DNA of 64,000 nucleotides from an uncultured Desulfobacterales bacterium (GTDB lineage: Bacteria; Desulfobacterota; DSM-4660; Desulfatiglandales; HGW-15): the NCBI GenBank assembly GCA_964413125.1, contig CAYPSZ010000275.1, positions 10,397 through 74,396 of the forward strand. Reading direction: 5' to 3'. The notes below the pieces were generated by a model, which was not told the origin of the DNA, searched no databases, and worked only from the letters and a program-made list of their open reading frames with translations. A program made the position numbers and the translations under genes. Below are positions 46,442-55,960 of the stretch, piece by piece. Numbering within the stretch: position 1 is the stretch's first letter; every line of letters begins with the position of its first letter.

Positions 46442-47653
46442 ATGAAGACGGCCTTTCTGGACTGCTTTTCCGGCATCAGCGGAGACATGTTCGCCGGAGC
46501 CCTTTTGGACGCCGGGCTGGATTTGAACACCCTTCAAAGGGCCCTTGGCGGGCTGCCCCTGAAAGACTTTCGAGTGGAGGCCCGGCAGGAGCACCGAAAC
46601 GGGATTTACGGCACTCGGTTCCTGGTCCACGCGGATAAGACGGTTCAGGAGGAGAGAAGCTTTGAGGATATTCTGAAAATTCTCGGCAAAAGCACCCTGC
46701 CGGACAGGGTCAAGGAGCGAAGCATCAGCGTGTTCAAGACCCTTGCCGAGGCGGAATCCCGAATACACGGGGAGCCGCTGCACGAGGTCCACTTCCACGA
46801 GGTGGGCGCGGTCGATTCCATCGTGGACATTGTGAGTGCGGCCGTGGGCCTGGAGGTCCTGGGCATTGAGCGGCTTTTCTGCTCTCCGCTGCCACTGGGG
46901 TCCGGGTTTGTGAAGAGTCGTCACGGCACCATCCCGGTGCCTGCTCCGGCGACTCTTGAGATCTTGAAAGGAGTGCCTGTAAAGGACTCGGGACTTGATG
47001 TCGAGATGGTGACACCAACAGGTGCGGCTCTGGCCCGGGTTTTTTCCGAGACCTTTGGTCCCATGCCTTCCCTGAAGGTGAAAAAGGTCGGATACGGCGT
47101 GGGCGGAAGAAACCTTGTTGATCGCCCCAATCTCCTGCGTATTGTGCTCGGCGAGAGTTCCGATCACGAACAAAACGGCCTTGTGACCCTCCTGGAGGCC
47201 AACCTGGACGACAGCCAGCCCGAGTGGACGGGATTTCTCGTTGAGCGGCTGTTTGCAGCAGGGGCCCTTGACGTATGGCTGATACCGGTCCAGATGAAGA
47301 AGAACCGTCCGGGGGTCCTTTTACAGGCCCTGACGTCCATGCAAGACAGGGATCGGCTGGCGGGCGAGATCCTTCAGGAGAGCACCAGCCTGGGCGTCAG
47401 GTTTCAGTCGGTGGAGCGCAAGACCCTCATGCGTGAAACAGCGGAAGTGGAAACACCCTGGGGGCCCATGGAGATAAAGCGCGCAAAAGGCCCGGACGGC
47501 GTGTGGCGCATCCTGCCGGAGTACGAGGCCTGCAGGCGCGTGGCCCTTGAAAACGGGGTTGCATTAAGGGACGTTTACTTTTGGGTATACGGGAACGCCG
47601 CCATGAGTGCTGACAATAACGCTGCAAACAAAGGGGCACGGGGTGAAACTTGA
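46442..47653 (+). CDS. larC: Nickel-pincer cofactor biosynthesis protein LarC (DUF111, nickel insertion)
   Basis: LDCFSGISGDMFAGALLDAG, HFHEVGAVDSIVDIV and the C-terminal domain are typical of LarC/DUF111. Confidence 0.9.
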   Translation: MKTAFLDCFSGISGDMFAGALLDAGLDLNTLQRALGGLPLKDFRVEARQEHRNGIYGTRFLVHADKTVQEERSFEDILKILGKSTLPDRVKERSISVFKTLAEAESRIHGEPLHEVHFHEVGAVDSIVDIVSAAVGLEVLGIERLFCSPLPLGSGFVKSRHGTIPVPAPATLEILKGVPVKDSGLDVEMVTPTGAALARVFSETFGPMPSLKVKKVGYGVGGRNLVDRPNLLRIVLGESSDHEQNGLVTLLEANLDDSQPEWTGFLVERLFAAGALDVWLIPVQMKKNRPGVLLQALTSMQDRDRLAGEILQESTSLGVRFQSVERKTLMRETAEVETPWGPMEIKRAKGPDGVWRILPEYEACRRVALENGVALRDVYFWVYGNAAMSADNNAANKGARGET

Positions 47654-48168
47654 AGTCCACATCCTCATCTGATAGTTTGCCCTTCGGCAAGGCCTTCCGC
47701 CGGGCAGGGCACAAGGGCCGTGCGGCGCTTGTCATCTCCTCCTGGTTCGGTGTGGGCCTGCTTCCGGGTATGCCGGGAACCGCGGGGACCGTGGCTGCAC
47801 TGCCCGCGGTCATACTGGTTCATGCGGCAGGCCCTTTAACCGGCTTGGTTGTCATTTTGTTGTTCGCTGCAGTGGCTGTCCAGGCTGCAGGCGTCACCGA
47901 AAAGGTCCTGGGAAGACCCGATCCCAAAGAGGTGGTATCCGACGAGGTGGCGGGCTTCATGGTCACCATGTTTCTCCTGCCCCTTACATTGCCTTATCTT
48001 ATGGGCGGCTTCATACTCTTTAGGGTGCTCGACATCTTGAAGCCTTTTCCCATCCGCCGGTTGGAGAACGTTCCAGGGGGAGCGGGGGTGGTGCTGGACG
48101 ATTTGGCTGCCGGGGTAATGGCCAACCTGATCCTGCGGGGGGCCGGAGCCCTTCAGGCGGTCATATAG
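47650..48168 (+). CDS. pgpA: Phosphatidylglycerophosphatase A
   Basis: SSWFGVGLLPGMPGTAGTVAALP, DPKEVVSDEVAG, FRVLDILKPFPI, GAGVVLDDLAAG. TTG start overlapping the larC stop (TTGA). Confidence 0.85.
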   Translation: MKSTSSSDSLPFGKAFRRAGHKGRAALVISSWFGVGLLPGMPGTAGTVAALPAVILVHAAGPLTGLVVILLFAAVAVQAAGVTEKVLGRPDPKEVVSDEVAGFMVTMFLLPLTLPYLMGGFILFRVLDILKPFPIRRLENVPGGAGVVLDDLAAGVMANLILRGAGALQAVI

Positions 48169-48182
48169 GCGGTTTTGAAAAC

Positions 48183-49442
48183 ATGCACGGCGAAATCATC
48201 ACCATTGGAAACGAGCTGGTCTCAGGGCGGACCCTGGATCTCAACGCCTGGTACGCCGCAGGCAGGCTGGCCGCCTGCGGCCTGACAGTAACCCGCATCA
48301 CAACAGTTGGAGACCACCCGGAGAGGGCCGTAGCCCTTCTCAGGGAGGCGCTGGAACACTCCGGGTTCGTCATTGTGACCGGCGGTCTCGGTTCCACAGA
48401 GGACGATGTCACAAGTGAAATCGTGGCCGAGGCCCTGGGCAGACCACTCTGCCGGGATGAGGAGATGTTCGAGTTGATCCAATGCTATGTACGCCGGCGG
48501 GGGCGGGATATGACTCCTTCCCTGGAGAAGATGGCCTGGGTACCTGAAGGCTCCCGCATGATAAACCCCAGAGGTACGGCATGCGGGTTCGCCATGGAGG
48601 AAAATAACGTCCTGCTCTACTTCCTGCCGGGAGTCCCGGATCAGATGCGCTTTCTCATGGACCGCTTCGTCCTTCCCGAGATCCTCGGGAGGGAAAAGAC
48701 CCTGCCGGTCATGCGCCAACATGTGCTCAAGCTATACGGCCCCAGTGAACCCGAAGTGGCGGAGGTCCTCAAAGGCTTTTCTTCCTGTGAAGAAGAAGAG
48801 GCCCTGCTCGGGTTCTATCCGCAATTCCCGGAGAACCACATAACCATCAGCGTCCGGGGAAAGAACGAGCCCGGTGTCATGGATGTGCTCAACAGGACGG
48901 AAGCCAAGATCCGCAGTCTCCTGGGTCACTGCATTTTCGCCTCCGGTGTGGCACGTATGGAGGATGTGGTGGGCAGAGCTCTGCAGGAGAAAGGATTCAC
49001 TCTCGCCACGGCGGAGTCCTGCACCGGCGGGCGTATAGGTGACAGGATAACCGACGCAGCCGGCAGCTCCGCATACTACATGGGCGGTGTGGTTGCTTAT
49101 AGTAATGAGGCCAAAGTTAATCTCCTGGGCGTATCCCCCGAAACCCTTAAGACCCACGGTGCCGTGAGCCGCGCAAGTGCCATTGAAATGTCTCAGGGCG
49201 TCAGGAAGCGCTTCGGCGCCCATCTGGGCCTCTCGGTCACGGGCATTGCCGGCCCGGGCGGGGGCAGCCGGGAAAAGCCTGTGGGTACGGTGCATATAGG
49301 TCTTGTCACAGAGGAAGAGGAATACTCGGGGAAGTACCGTTTCTGGGGCGGCCGGGACCAGGTCAAGGCCCAGACAGCCATTATGGCGCTGGACTGGGTG
49401 CGGAGGTTGGTGTATGGGTATCCGTTCCTTTCTGGCGTTTAG
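48183..49442 (+). CDS. cinA: CinA-family protein (competence/damage-inducible; NMN amidohydrolase PncC domain)
   Basis: N-terminal MoCF-type domain (EIITIGNELVSGRTLDLNA, IVTGGLGSTEDD) and a C-terminal PncC domain (TAESCTGG, GVVAYSNEAK, SVTGIAGPGGG). Confidence 0.9.
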   Translation: MHGEIITIGNELVSGRTLDLNAWYAAGRLAACGLTVTRITTVGDHPERAVALLREALEHSGFVIVTGGLGSTEDDVTSEIVAEALGRPLCRDEEMFELIQCYVRRRGRDMTPSLEKMAWVPEGSRMINPRGTACGFAMEENNVLLYFLPGVPDQMRFLMDRFVLPEILGREKTLPVMRQHVLKLYGPSEPEVAEVLKGFSSCEEEEALLGFYPQFPENHITISVRGKNEPGVMDVLNRTEAKIRSLLGHCIFASGVARMEDVVGRALQEKGFTLATAESCTGGRIGDRITDAAGSSAYYMGGVVAYSNEAKVNLLGVSPETLKTHGAVSRASAIEMSQGVRKRFGAHLGLSVTGIAGPGGGSREKPVGTVHIGLVTEEEEYSGKYRFWGGRDQVKAQTAIMALDWVRRLVYGYPFLSGV

Positions 49443-49983
49443 CCTGCCTTACGAAATCAAGGCGGTTGTGGAGCGGGTCCAAAAGGATCTCAAGGACGCG
49501 TCCGGTGACGTGAAATGGGTTCGGCCTTCAAGCGTCCATCTCACAGTTGTTTTTCTGGGGAATGTGAAGGAAGATACCGTCCCCCAACTGGCAGGGATCG
49601 TTCGCTCCACATGCGCCGGGTTTGCACCCTTCAAAGCGGCCGTGAAGGGGACCGGGTTCTTTCCGAACCCGGGGCGTCCCCGGGTAATCTGGCTGGGCCT
49701 AACGGGCGATTTGAAGCGTATGGGCCTGCTCCGGGACCGTCTTCAGGAGGGCTTGTCGCCGTTCGGCATCGAACCGGAACGAAGACCGTTCAGGGGGCAC
49801 CTCACGCTCGGACGGTTCCGTAAGGGCGGATCAATGAACCATCGTCTGGTCCGGGCCATGGAAGGATGGGCGCAAGTTTCGAGCCCGGAGTGCACGCTTT
49901 CCGAACTCGCCCTTTTCAAGAGTGACCTGCACCCCACCGGAGCCTTGTATACCGCACTTGAGGAGTTTGAGTTGACGGGTTAA
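49414..49983 (+). CDS. thpR: RNA 2',3'-cyclic phosphodiesterase (2'-5' RNA ligase family, ThpR/LigT)
   Basis: Two HxT/S motifs (HLTVVFLG and HLTLGRF). ATG at 49414, 7 nt after GGAGG. Overlaps the cinA 3' end by 29 nt. Confidence 0.85.
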   Translation: MGIRSFLAFSLPYEIKAVVERVQKDLKDASGDVKWVRPSSVHLTVVFLGNVKEDTVPQLAGIVRSTCAGFAPFKAAVKGTGFFPNPGRPRVIWLGLTGDLKRMGLLRDRLQEGLSPFGIEPERRPFRGHLTLGRFRKGGSMNHRLVRAMEGWAQVSSPECTLSELALFKSDLHPTGALYTALEEFELTG

Positions 49984-50040
49984 AAGGGGTGGTGGGTGTT
50001 GAGCTTTTAAGCTGTTGAGCTATTCCAAGGAGGATTAACC

Positions 50041-51084
50041 ATGGCGAACGATCAGCGAGCGGACAAGGTGCGTGCGGTTGAACAGGCCATCTCACAGATA
50101 GAGAAGCAGTTCGGCCGGGGCTCCATCATGAAGATGGGCGACGACCGGGCTCTGGACATCCCGGCTATCTCTACGGGGGCCCTTTCTCTGGACCTCGCCC
50201 TGGGGGTGGGCGGCGTGCCCAGGGGACGGGTGGTGGAGATTTACGGTCCTGAAGCCAGCGGCAAGACCACACTGGCGCTTCACGTGGCGGCCGAGGCCCA
50301 GGTCTTGGGCGGCATGGTGGCCTTTATCGATGCGGAGCACGCCCTGGATCCCGGGTATGCAAGGAATCTGGGCGTGGACGTGGACAGCCTCCTGGTATCC
50401 CAGCCGGACACCGGGGAGCAGGCCCTGGACATAGCCGAAATCCTTGTCAGGAGCGGTGCGGTGGACGTTCTCATCATCGATTCGGTGGCTGCCCTTGTCC
50501 CCAGGGCCGAGATCGAAGGGGAGATGGGAGACCAACACGTTGGGCTTCAGGCACGCCTCATGAGCCAGGCGCTCAGAAAGCTTACAGCAACCATAAGCAA
50601 ATCCCACACATGCGTGATCTTCATCAATCAGATCCGTATGAAGATCGGCGTCATGTTCGGCAGCCCCGAGACCACCACCGGGGGCAACGCCCTCAAGTTC
50701 TACTCCAGCCAGCGGCTGGATATCCGGCGAATCGGGGCCATAAAGGAGGGGGACCAGCATGTGGGCAACCGTACAAGGGTGAAGGTGGTCAAGAACAAGA
50801 TCGCCCCGCCTTTCAAGGAAGCCGAGTTCGATATCATTTACGGACGGGGCATCTCCAAAGAGGGTGACATACTGGACCTGGGGGTTTCCCTGGACCTGGT
50901 GGAAAAGAGCGGGGCCTGGTACTCCTTCGAGGGCGAACGTCTGGGCCAGGGCCGTGAGAACGTAAAGCGCTTCCTGGCGGAAAACACGGATATCAGGGAC
51001 CGCATAGCCGGTCTCATCAAGGAAAAAACCGGTCTCAAAAAGGTAGCTAAAGAGGCCTCCGAGGCTGATGTTCAGGGCCAATAA
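50041..51084 (+). CDS. recA: Recombinase A
   Basis: [10 protein letters not shown], Walker [58 protein letters not shown]. Confidence 0.99.
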   Translation: MANDQRADKVRAVEQAISQIEKQFGRGSIMKMGDDRALDIPAISTGALSLDLALGVGGVPRGRVVEIYGPEASGKTTLALHVAAEAQVLGGMVAFIDAEHALDPGYARNLGVDVDSLLVSQPDTGEQALDIAEILVRSGAVDVLIIDSVAALVPRAEIEGEMGDQHVGLQARLMSQALRKLTATISKSHTCVIFINQIRMKIGVMFGSPETTTGGNALKFYSSQRLDIRRIGAIKEGDQHVGNRTRVKVVKNKIAPPFKEAEFDIIYGRGISKEGDILDLGVSLDLVEKSGAWYSFEGERLGQGRENVKRFLAENTDIRDRIAGLIKEKTGLKKVAKEASEADVQGQ

Positions 51085-51104
51085 TAACAACTAGGGATTG
51101 GAAA

Positions 51105-53750
51105 ATGGACTTTCGATCGATCAGAAATGAATTTCTGGACTTTTTCAGCCGGCGTGGTCACGAGACCGTTGCCAGCGCACCGCTTATTCCAAGGGACGAC
51201 CCCTCCCTGCTCTTTACCAACGCCGGCATGGTGCAGTTCAAGAGCGTATTCCTCGGGGATGAGAAACGACCATATAACCGGGCGGTAACCTCTCAGAAGT
51301 GCGTGCGCGCTGGAGGAAAGCACAATGATCTGGAAAACGTGGGGTACACCGCCCGGCATCACACCTTTTTCGAGATGCTGGGCAACTTCTCCTTCGGGGA
51401 TTACTTCAAGCAAAAGGCCGTGGCATGGGCGTGGGAACTCCTGACCGAGGTGTACGGCCTGCCGGGCGACAAGCTCTATGCGTCTGTTTTTTACGATGAC
51501 GACGAGGCCTACGGCATATGGGAAAAGGAAATCGGCCTTCCGCCCGATCGGATCGTAAGGCTGGGAGAAGAAGACAATTTCTGGGCCATGGGCGATACAG
51601 GCCCATGCGGTCCCTGTTCCGAGATCCTCATCGACCAGGGCCCGGAGCTTGGATGTGACCGGCCAGAGTGCGCTCCGGGGTGCGACTGTGACCGGTATCT
51701 GGAGGTATGGAACCTGGTCTTCATGCAATTCGACCGTGACCCCCGGGGAAACCTGACGCCGCTCCCCAAACAGAGCATAGACACCGGCATGGGCCTCGAA
51801 CGGATCGCCGCAGTGGTCCAGGGCGTCAAGAGCAATTTCGACACCGACCTCTTCCGGGGGCTGATCGGACACATAGAAGGGCTTTCGAAGGTACCGTACG
51901 GTGCGGCGCGCAGATCGGATGTCTCCTTTCGCGTAATCTCCGATCATGCCCGGGCAGCGGCGTTTCTCATCGGAGACGGGGTCATGCCCTCCAACGAAGG
52001 GCGAGGCTATGTACTCAGGAGAATTATCAGGCGGGCCATAAGATTCGGGCAGGTCCTTGGGCTCAAAGACCCCTTCATGTACCGGGTGGCGGGTGAGGTG
52101 ATCCGGATCATGGGCCGGGACTACGCAGACCTCATCACTTCCCGGAGCTTCATCGAGGGCGTGATCAACAGCGAAGAAAAGCGATTCGCAGACACCCTTC
52201 ACCACGGCATGAAGGTCCTGGAGGAAATTCTCGAGGAGATACGGGGAAATGACGGCGGAACCATACCCGGGGACCTGGCCTTCAAGCTCTATGACACATA
52301 TGGTTTGTCTTTAGACATTTTGCAGGACGTGGCCAGGGAAGAAGGGCTCATGGTGGACACGGCGGGATATGAACGGGAGATGCACCGTCAGCGCACCAAG
52401 AGCCAGCAGGCCTGGAAAGGAAGCGGAGAGGAGGAAGTCCCCGAGGCCTTTAGAAAACTCGCCTCACGGGGTTTTGAGTGCGTCTTTGCAGGATATGAAA
52501 CACTTGAAACCCGGGCGCACGTCAGGGGGCTCATTCAGGAAGGCAAGGCTGTTTCCTCTTCACCCACGGGAAACAAGGTGGAAGTCGTGTTGGACCGAAC
52601 ACCATTTTACGGCGAGGCAGGCGGCCAGGTGGGCGACAGCGGATGGCTCCTTGCGGAAGGCCTCAAAGTACGGATCCGGGAAACCGCACGATTCGGGCAA
52701 GGCCTCATGGTTCACCGTGGGATCGTTGAGGAAGGAACCCTCAGAGAGGGCGACGAGGTTTTGGCCCGGGTGGACCCGGAGCAACGGAAGGCCACGGCCC
52801 GAAACCACACGGCCACCCATCTACTTCACAAGGCACTGAGGGAGACCCTTGGCGACCACGTGAAACAGGCGGGCTCCCTGGTGGCCCCGGACAGGCTCAG
52901 GTTCGACTTCACACACTTCACACAGGTGCCCCCGGCAAAGCTCCTGGCAGTGGAGGACCTTGTCAACCGTCTTATCCGTGATAACCTGCCATTGTCCACA
53001 CAGGAAATGGACAGGGAAGAAGCAATGTCAACCGGGGCTACGGCCATTTTCGAGGAGCGATACGGCGAGACTGTCAGGGTGGTCAGCGTGGAAGGGGTCA
53101 GCCGGGAGTTGTGCGGGGGGACCCACACGGCGCGCACAGGAGACATAGGGCTTTTCAAGGTGGTTGGCGAGGGTGCGGTGGGAGCGAATCTGCGCCGCAT
53201 TGAGGCACTGACCGGAGAGGCGGCCCTCCAGCACGTGCGCGCCCTGGAGCGGGAGCTTAAGAGAGCGGCATCCCTGCTCAAAACATCCCCGGACCGGCTT
53301 GAGGAGAGGGTGGAGCGCCTCCTCAAGGACCAGAAGGAACGAGAGAGGGAGATGGAATCCCTCAAAGCGAAGCTTAGGGCTGGAAGCGCAACCGGCCTCC
53401 TGGATGGGGCGATCGAGGTGGCCGGAATAAAGGTGCTGGCCAAAGAGGTGGAGGTCGACTCTCCCAAGGTTCTGAGGGAGTATGCTGATCAGGTGAAGGA
53501 GAAACTCGCTTCCGGAGTTGCCGTCCTGGCCGCCCGTGGTGACGGTAAAGCCATGCTCATCTGCGTGGTATCACCGGACCTCACTAAACTAATCAAGGCC
53601 GGGGAGATCATAAAGCGCCTGTCGCCGCTTGTGGGCGGCAAAGGAGGCGGACGGCCGGACATGGCACAGGGTGGAGGGAGCAGGCCGGAAGACTTGGCGG
53701 ATGCGCTCCAAAGCGTCCCGGGCATGGTAAAGGAGATGGCGGGAGTCTAG
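51105..53750 (+). CDS. alaS: Alanyl-tRNA synthetase
   Basis: 881 aa. FTNAGMVQFK, RAGGKHNDLENVG, HHTFFEMLGNFSFGDYFK, an editing-domain HxxxH (HTATHLLH) plus CGGTH, and a C-terminal DHHA1 GGKGGGRPDMAQGGG. Confidence 0.99.
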   Translation: MDFRSIRNEFLDFFSRRGHETVASAPLIPRDDPSLLFTNAGMVQFKSVFLGDEKRPYNRAVTSQKCVRAGGKHNDLENVGYTARHHTFFEMLGNFSFGDYFKQKAVAWAWELLTEVYGLPGDKLYASVFYDDDEAYGIWEKEIGLPPDRIVRLGEEDNFWAMGDTGPCGPCSEILIDQGPELGCDRPECAPGCDCDRYLEVWNLVFMQFDRDPRGNLTPLPKQSIDTGMGLERIAAVVQGVKSNFDTDLFRGLIGHIEGLSKVPYGAARRSDVSFRVISDHARAAAFLIGDGVMPSNEGRGYVLRRIIRRAIRFGQVLGLKDPFMYRVAGEVIRIMGRDYADLITSRSFIEGVINSEEKRFADTLHHGMKVLEEILEEIRGNDGGTIPGDLAFKLYDTYGLSLDILQDVAREEGLMVDTAGYEREMHRQRTKSQQAWKGSGEEEVPEAFRKLASRGFECVFAGYETLETRAHVRGLIQEGKAVSSSPTGNKVEVVLDRTPFYGEAGGQVGDSGWLLAEGLKVRIRETARFGQGLMVHRGIVEEGTLREGDEVLARVDPEQRKATARNHTATHLLHKALRETLGDHVKQAGSLVAPDRLRFDFTHFTQVPPAKLLAVEDLVNRLIRDNLPLSTQEMDREEAMSTGATAIFEERYGETVRVVSVEGVSRELCGGTHTARTGDIGLFKVVGEGAVGANLRRIEALTGEAALQHVRALERELKRAASLLKTSPDRLEERVERLLKDQKEREREMESLKAKLRAGSATGLLDGAIEVAGIKVLAKEVEVDSPKVLREYADQVKEKLASGVAVLAARGDGKAMLICVVSPDLTKLIKAGEIIKRLSPLVGGKGGGRPDMAQGGGSRPEDLADALQSVPGMVKEMAGV

Positions 53751-53753
53751 GAT

Positions 53754-54503
53754 TCAGGGATCGATACCGGCCTCTTTCTCGGAAAGCCTTTCCCGGCATA
53801 TTCGAATGTATTCAAGGGCTTCGTGATACTGGCCCATGTCAGGGTAGTTCTCAATAATGTACTGATACCGGCCCATGGCCGCCCGAAGCTCTCCCCTCTT
53901 GAAGTAGAAGTGCCCCACATAAAGCTCGTATTCCGCCAGGTAGATCAGGCACTTCCGTATCTTTGTCCTCGCCAGCTTGGCGTAGGGGTCTTCAGGAAAC
54001 TGCCTGACCAGCCGTTCGAACTCATCTTTTGCAGCATGGGTATGGGTCTGGTCCCGGTCAATGGTGGAGACACGTTCCAGATGACACATGCCCTTGCGGT
54101 AAATCACAAAGGGGATGTTCTCGTTTCTGGGGTGTAGTCGCTCGAATTCATCATACAGTTCATAGGCTAGGGCGTAGTCTTTCCGTTTAAATACTGCATC
54201 AGCCAAGAGAAGTTCCGCTCTGATGGCCTGTGGACTATAAGGATAGCGATCGGTGATCTGCTGAAAGGCCTCGGCGGCCGACTGGTAACGTCCGACTTCC
54301 ATGTATTCCTGACCCTCGATGAGGAGTTCGGGGGGAGTTTTCTCCTCCACGTCCCCAAAGAAACGATCTATCACCCCTGCAGCTGAATCCAGAACGACAC
54401 AGCCACTGGATAGGCTCAAAAGCAGAATCAGGGTCGCCCCCTTGCATATGCCGGGCACCGAAAACGCGCGCGGTTTTTTCTTTGATTCCGTTCGCCGGTA
54501 CAT
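53754..54503 (-). CDS. bamD: Outer membrane protein assembly factor BamD (YfiO-like TPR lipoprotein)
   Basis: Lipobox LLSLSSG-C, then TPR repeats with a BamD-like pattern (YPYSPQAIRAELLLADAVFKRKDYALA..., FPEDPYAKLARTKI). The ATG at 54503 shares one base with the trxB stop (TGATG). Confidence 0.8.
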   Translation of the reverse strand: MYRRTESKKKPRAFSVPGICKGATLILLLSLSSGCVVLDSAAGVIDRFFGDVEEKTPPELLIEGQEYMEVGRYQSAAEAFQQITDRYPYSPQAIRAELLLADAVFKRKDYALAYELYDEFERLHPRNENIPFVIYRKGMCHLERVSTIDRDQTHTHAAKDEFERLVRQFPEDPYAKLARTKIRKCLIYLAEYELYVGHFYFKRGELRAAMGRYQYIIENYPDMGQYHEALEYIRICRERLSEKEAGIDP

Positions 54504-55423
54504 CAGGACTCCTGCAAAGACTCCACGTACTTCTCGGCGCCGTGTGCGGCACATGCACCTTCCCCCACCGCTGTCGAGATCTGCCGGAAGCCTTTGGAAC
54601 GCATATCCCCGGCTGCAAAAACCCCCGGGACAGAGGTCTCCATACGATCGTTGGTGATCACGAACCCGGCCTCGTCCACATCCAGCAGCCCACGGACCAG
54701 CTCCGTATTAGGCACCGTTCCTATGAATACAAAAACCCCCTGAACCGCCTTTTGGCTGATTTCCCCGGTCTTGAGGTTCTTGAGTTCTATTGCTTCAACC
54801 CCGTCCTTGCCCAGGATGCGCTCAGGCACCGTATCCCAGATGAATTGTATCTTTTCCTCCGCCATGGCTCGTTCCTGAAGTATCTTCACGGCCCTGAGTT
54901 CATCCCTACGATGGATTAGAAAGATACGTCCTGCAAATCGAGTCAAGAACAGAGACTCTTCAATGGCGGTATCTCCTCCACCGATGACGGCCACGTCCTG
55001 GTCTCGGTAAAAAGGACCGTCACAGGTGGCGCAGAAGCTCACACCGCGGCCTATGAAATCGCTCTCACCATCTATACCCAGACGCTTCCACGAGGCTCCA
55101 CAGGCCAGGATCAAAGCCCGTGTCTCAAAAGTCTCCTTGCCGGTCACAACAAGCTGCTTCCGCTCATGGAACTCGAGACGCACCACCTCCTCGGAGCGGA
55201 TTTCCAGGCCGAATTTCTCGACCTGTGCCTTCATCCGATCCATGAGCTCAAAACCGCTGATGCCTTCCGGAAAGCCGGGATAGTTTTCCACCCAGTCCGT
55301 GTTCAGAACCTGGCCTCCGGGCGCAAGCTTCTCCAAAAGGAGCACATTCATTCGAGCGCGGGCGTTATAAAGCCCTGCTGTGAGCCCGGCGGGGCCTCCG
55401 CCTATGATGATTATGTCGTGCAT
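54503..55423 (-). CDS. trxB: Thioredoxin-disulfide reductase
   Basis: IIIGGGPAG, redox-active CATCDG, GGGDTAIEE, FAAGD. ATG at 55423 gives MHDIIIIGGG; the listed ORF starts 2 codons earlier at a TTG. Confidence 0.95.
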   Translation of the reverse strand: MHDIIIIGGGPAGLTAGLYNARARMNVLLLEKLAPGGQVLNTDWVENYPGFPEGISGFELMDRMKAQVEKFGLEIRSEEVVRLEFHERKQLVVTGKETFETRALILACGASWKRLGIDGESDFIGRGVSFCATCDGPFYRDQDVAVIGGGDTAIEESLFLTRFAGRIFLIHRRDELRAVKILQERAMAEEKIQFIWDTVPERILGKDGVEAIELKNLKTGEISQKAVQGVFVFIGTVPNTELVRGLLDVDEAGFVITNDRMETSVPGVFAAGDMRSKGFRQISTAVGEGACAAHGAEKYVESLQES

Positions 55424-55425
55424 GG

Positions 55426-55749
55426 TCAAATAAGCTTCTTGATTTCTTCCTCGAGGAAGCTCTTGGTCTGGGCGCCTACCACCGTATTGGCCACCTCACC
55501 TCCCTTGAAGAAGATCAATGTGGGTATGTTGCGGATCCCGAACCTGGCAGGAGTCTGGCGGTTCTGGTCCACATCCATCTTGGCCACTTTGATTTTTCCA
55601 TCGTATTCCTTGGCTAGTTCCTCCACCACCGGTCCCACCATGCGGCATGGACCACACCAGGCCGCCCAGAAATCAACCAAAGCCGGAAGTTCACTATTGA
55701 GTATTTCATCCTCAAAGCTGTCGTCTGTTATCTGGAGAACGTCCACCAT
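55426..55749 (-). CDS. trxA: Thioredoxin
   Basis: VDFWAAWCGPCRM active site, 107 aa from the ATG at 55749, preceded by GAAAGGAGAGG. Confidence 0.95.
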   Translation of the reverse strand: MVDVLQITDDSFEDEILNSELPALVDFWAAWCGPCRMVGPVVEELAKEYDGKIKVAKMDVDQNRQTPARFGIRNIPTLIFFKGGEVANTVVGAQTKSFLEEEIKKLI

Positions 55750-55960
55750 GAAACCTCTCCTTTCAATATGTTGTGATGTGACATGATTCGCTCTAACACG
55801 GCACCCCGGGTTTGTCAACTCATAGGAAAGATCCGTGAAGCTTTCCCTTCCCGGTTATAGAGACAGCGACATGACATAGGTTTCAATCTTGCGGGAAGTG
55901 ATTGACGGGCGGCACTGAATGAAGAAGAATGGAGTCTTGGCGACGCTTTTCGGAGGCTGC

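Noticed and set aside
50092-51090. A 332-aa ORF antisense to almost all of recA. Similar long antisense ORFs lie opposite alaS (51072-52205), glnS (25313-26293), larC (46403-47173), pckG (42215-43021), the sugar dehydrogenase (38287-39105) and the MBL lactonase (40091-40873).
   Set aside because: In every case the partner strand encodes an unmistakable conserved protein. The antisense products are low-complexity, Arg/Pro/Gly-rich and lack SD sites. Long shadow ORFs are expected in GC-rich coding DNA.
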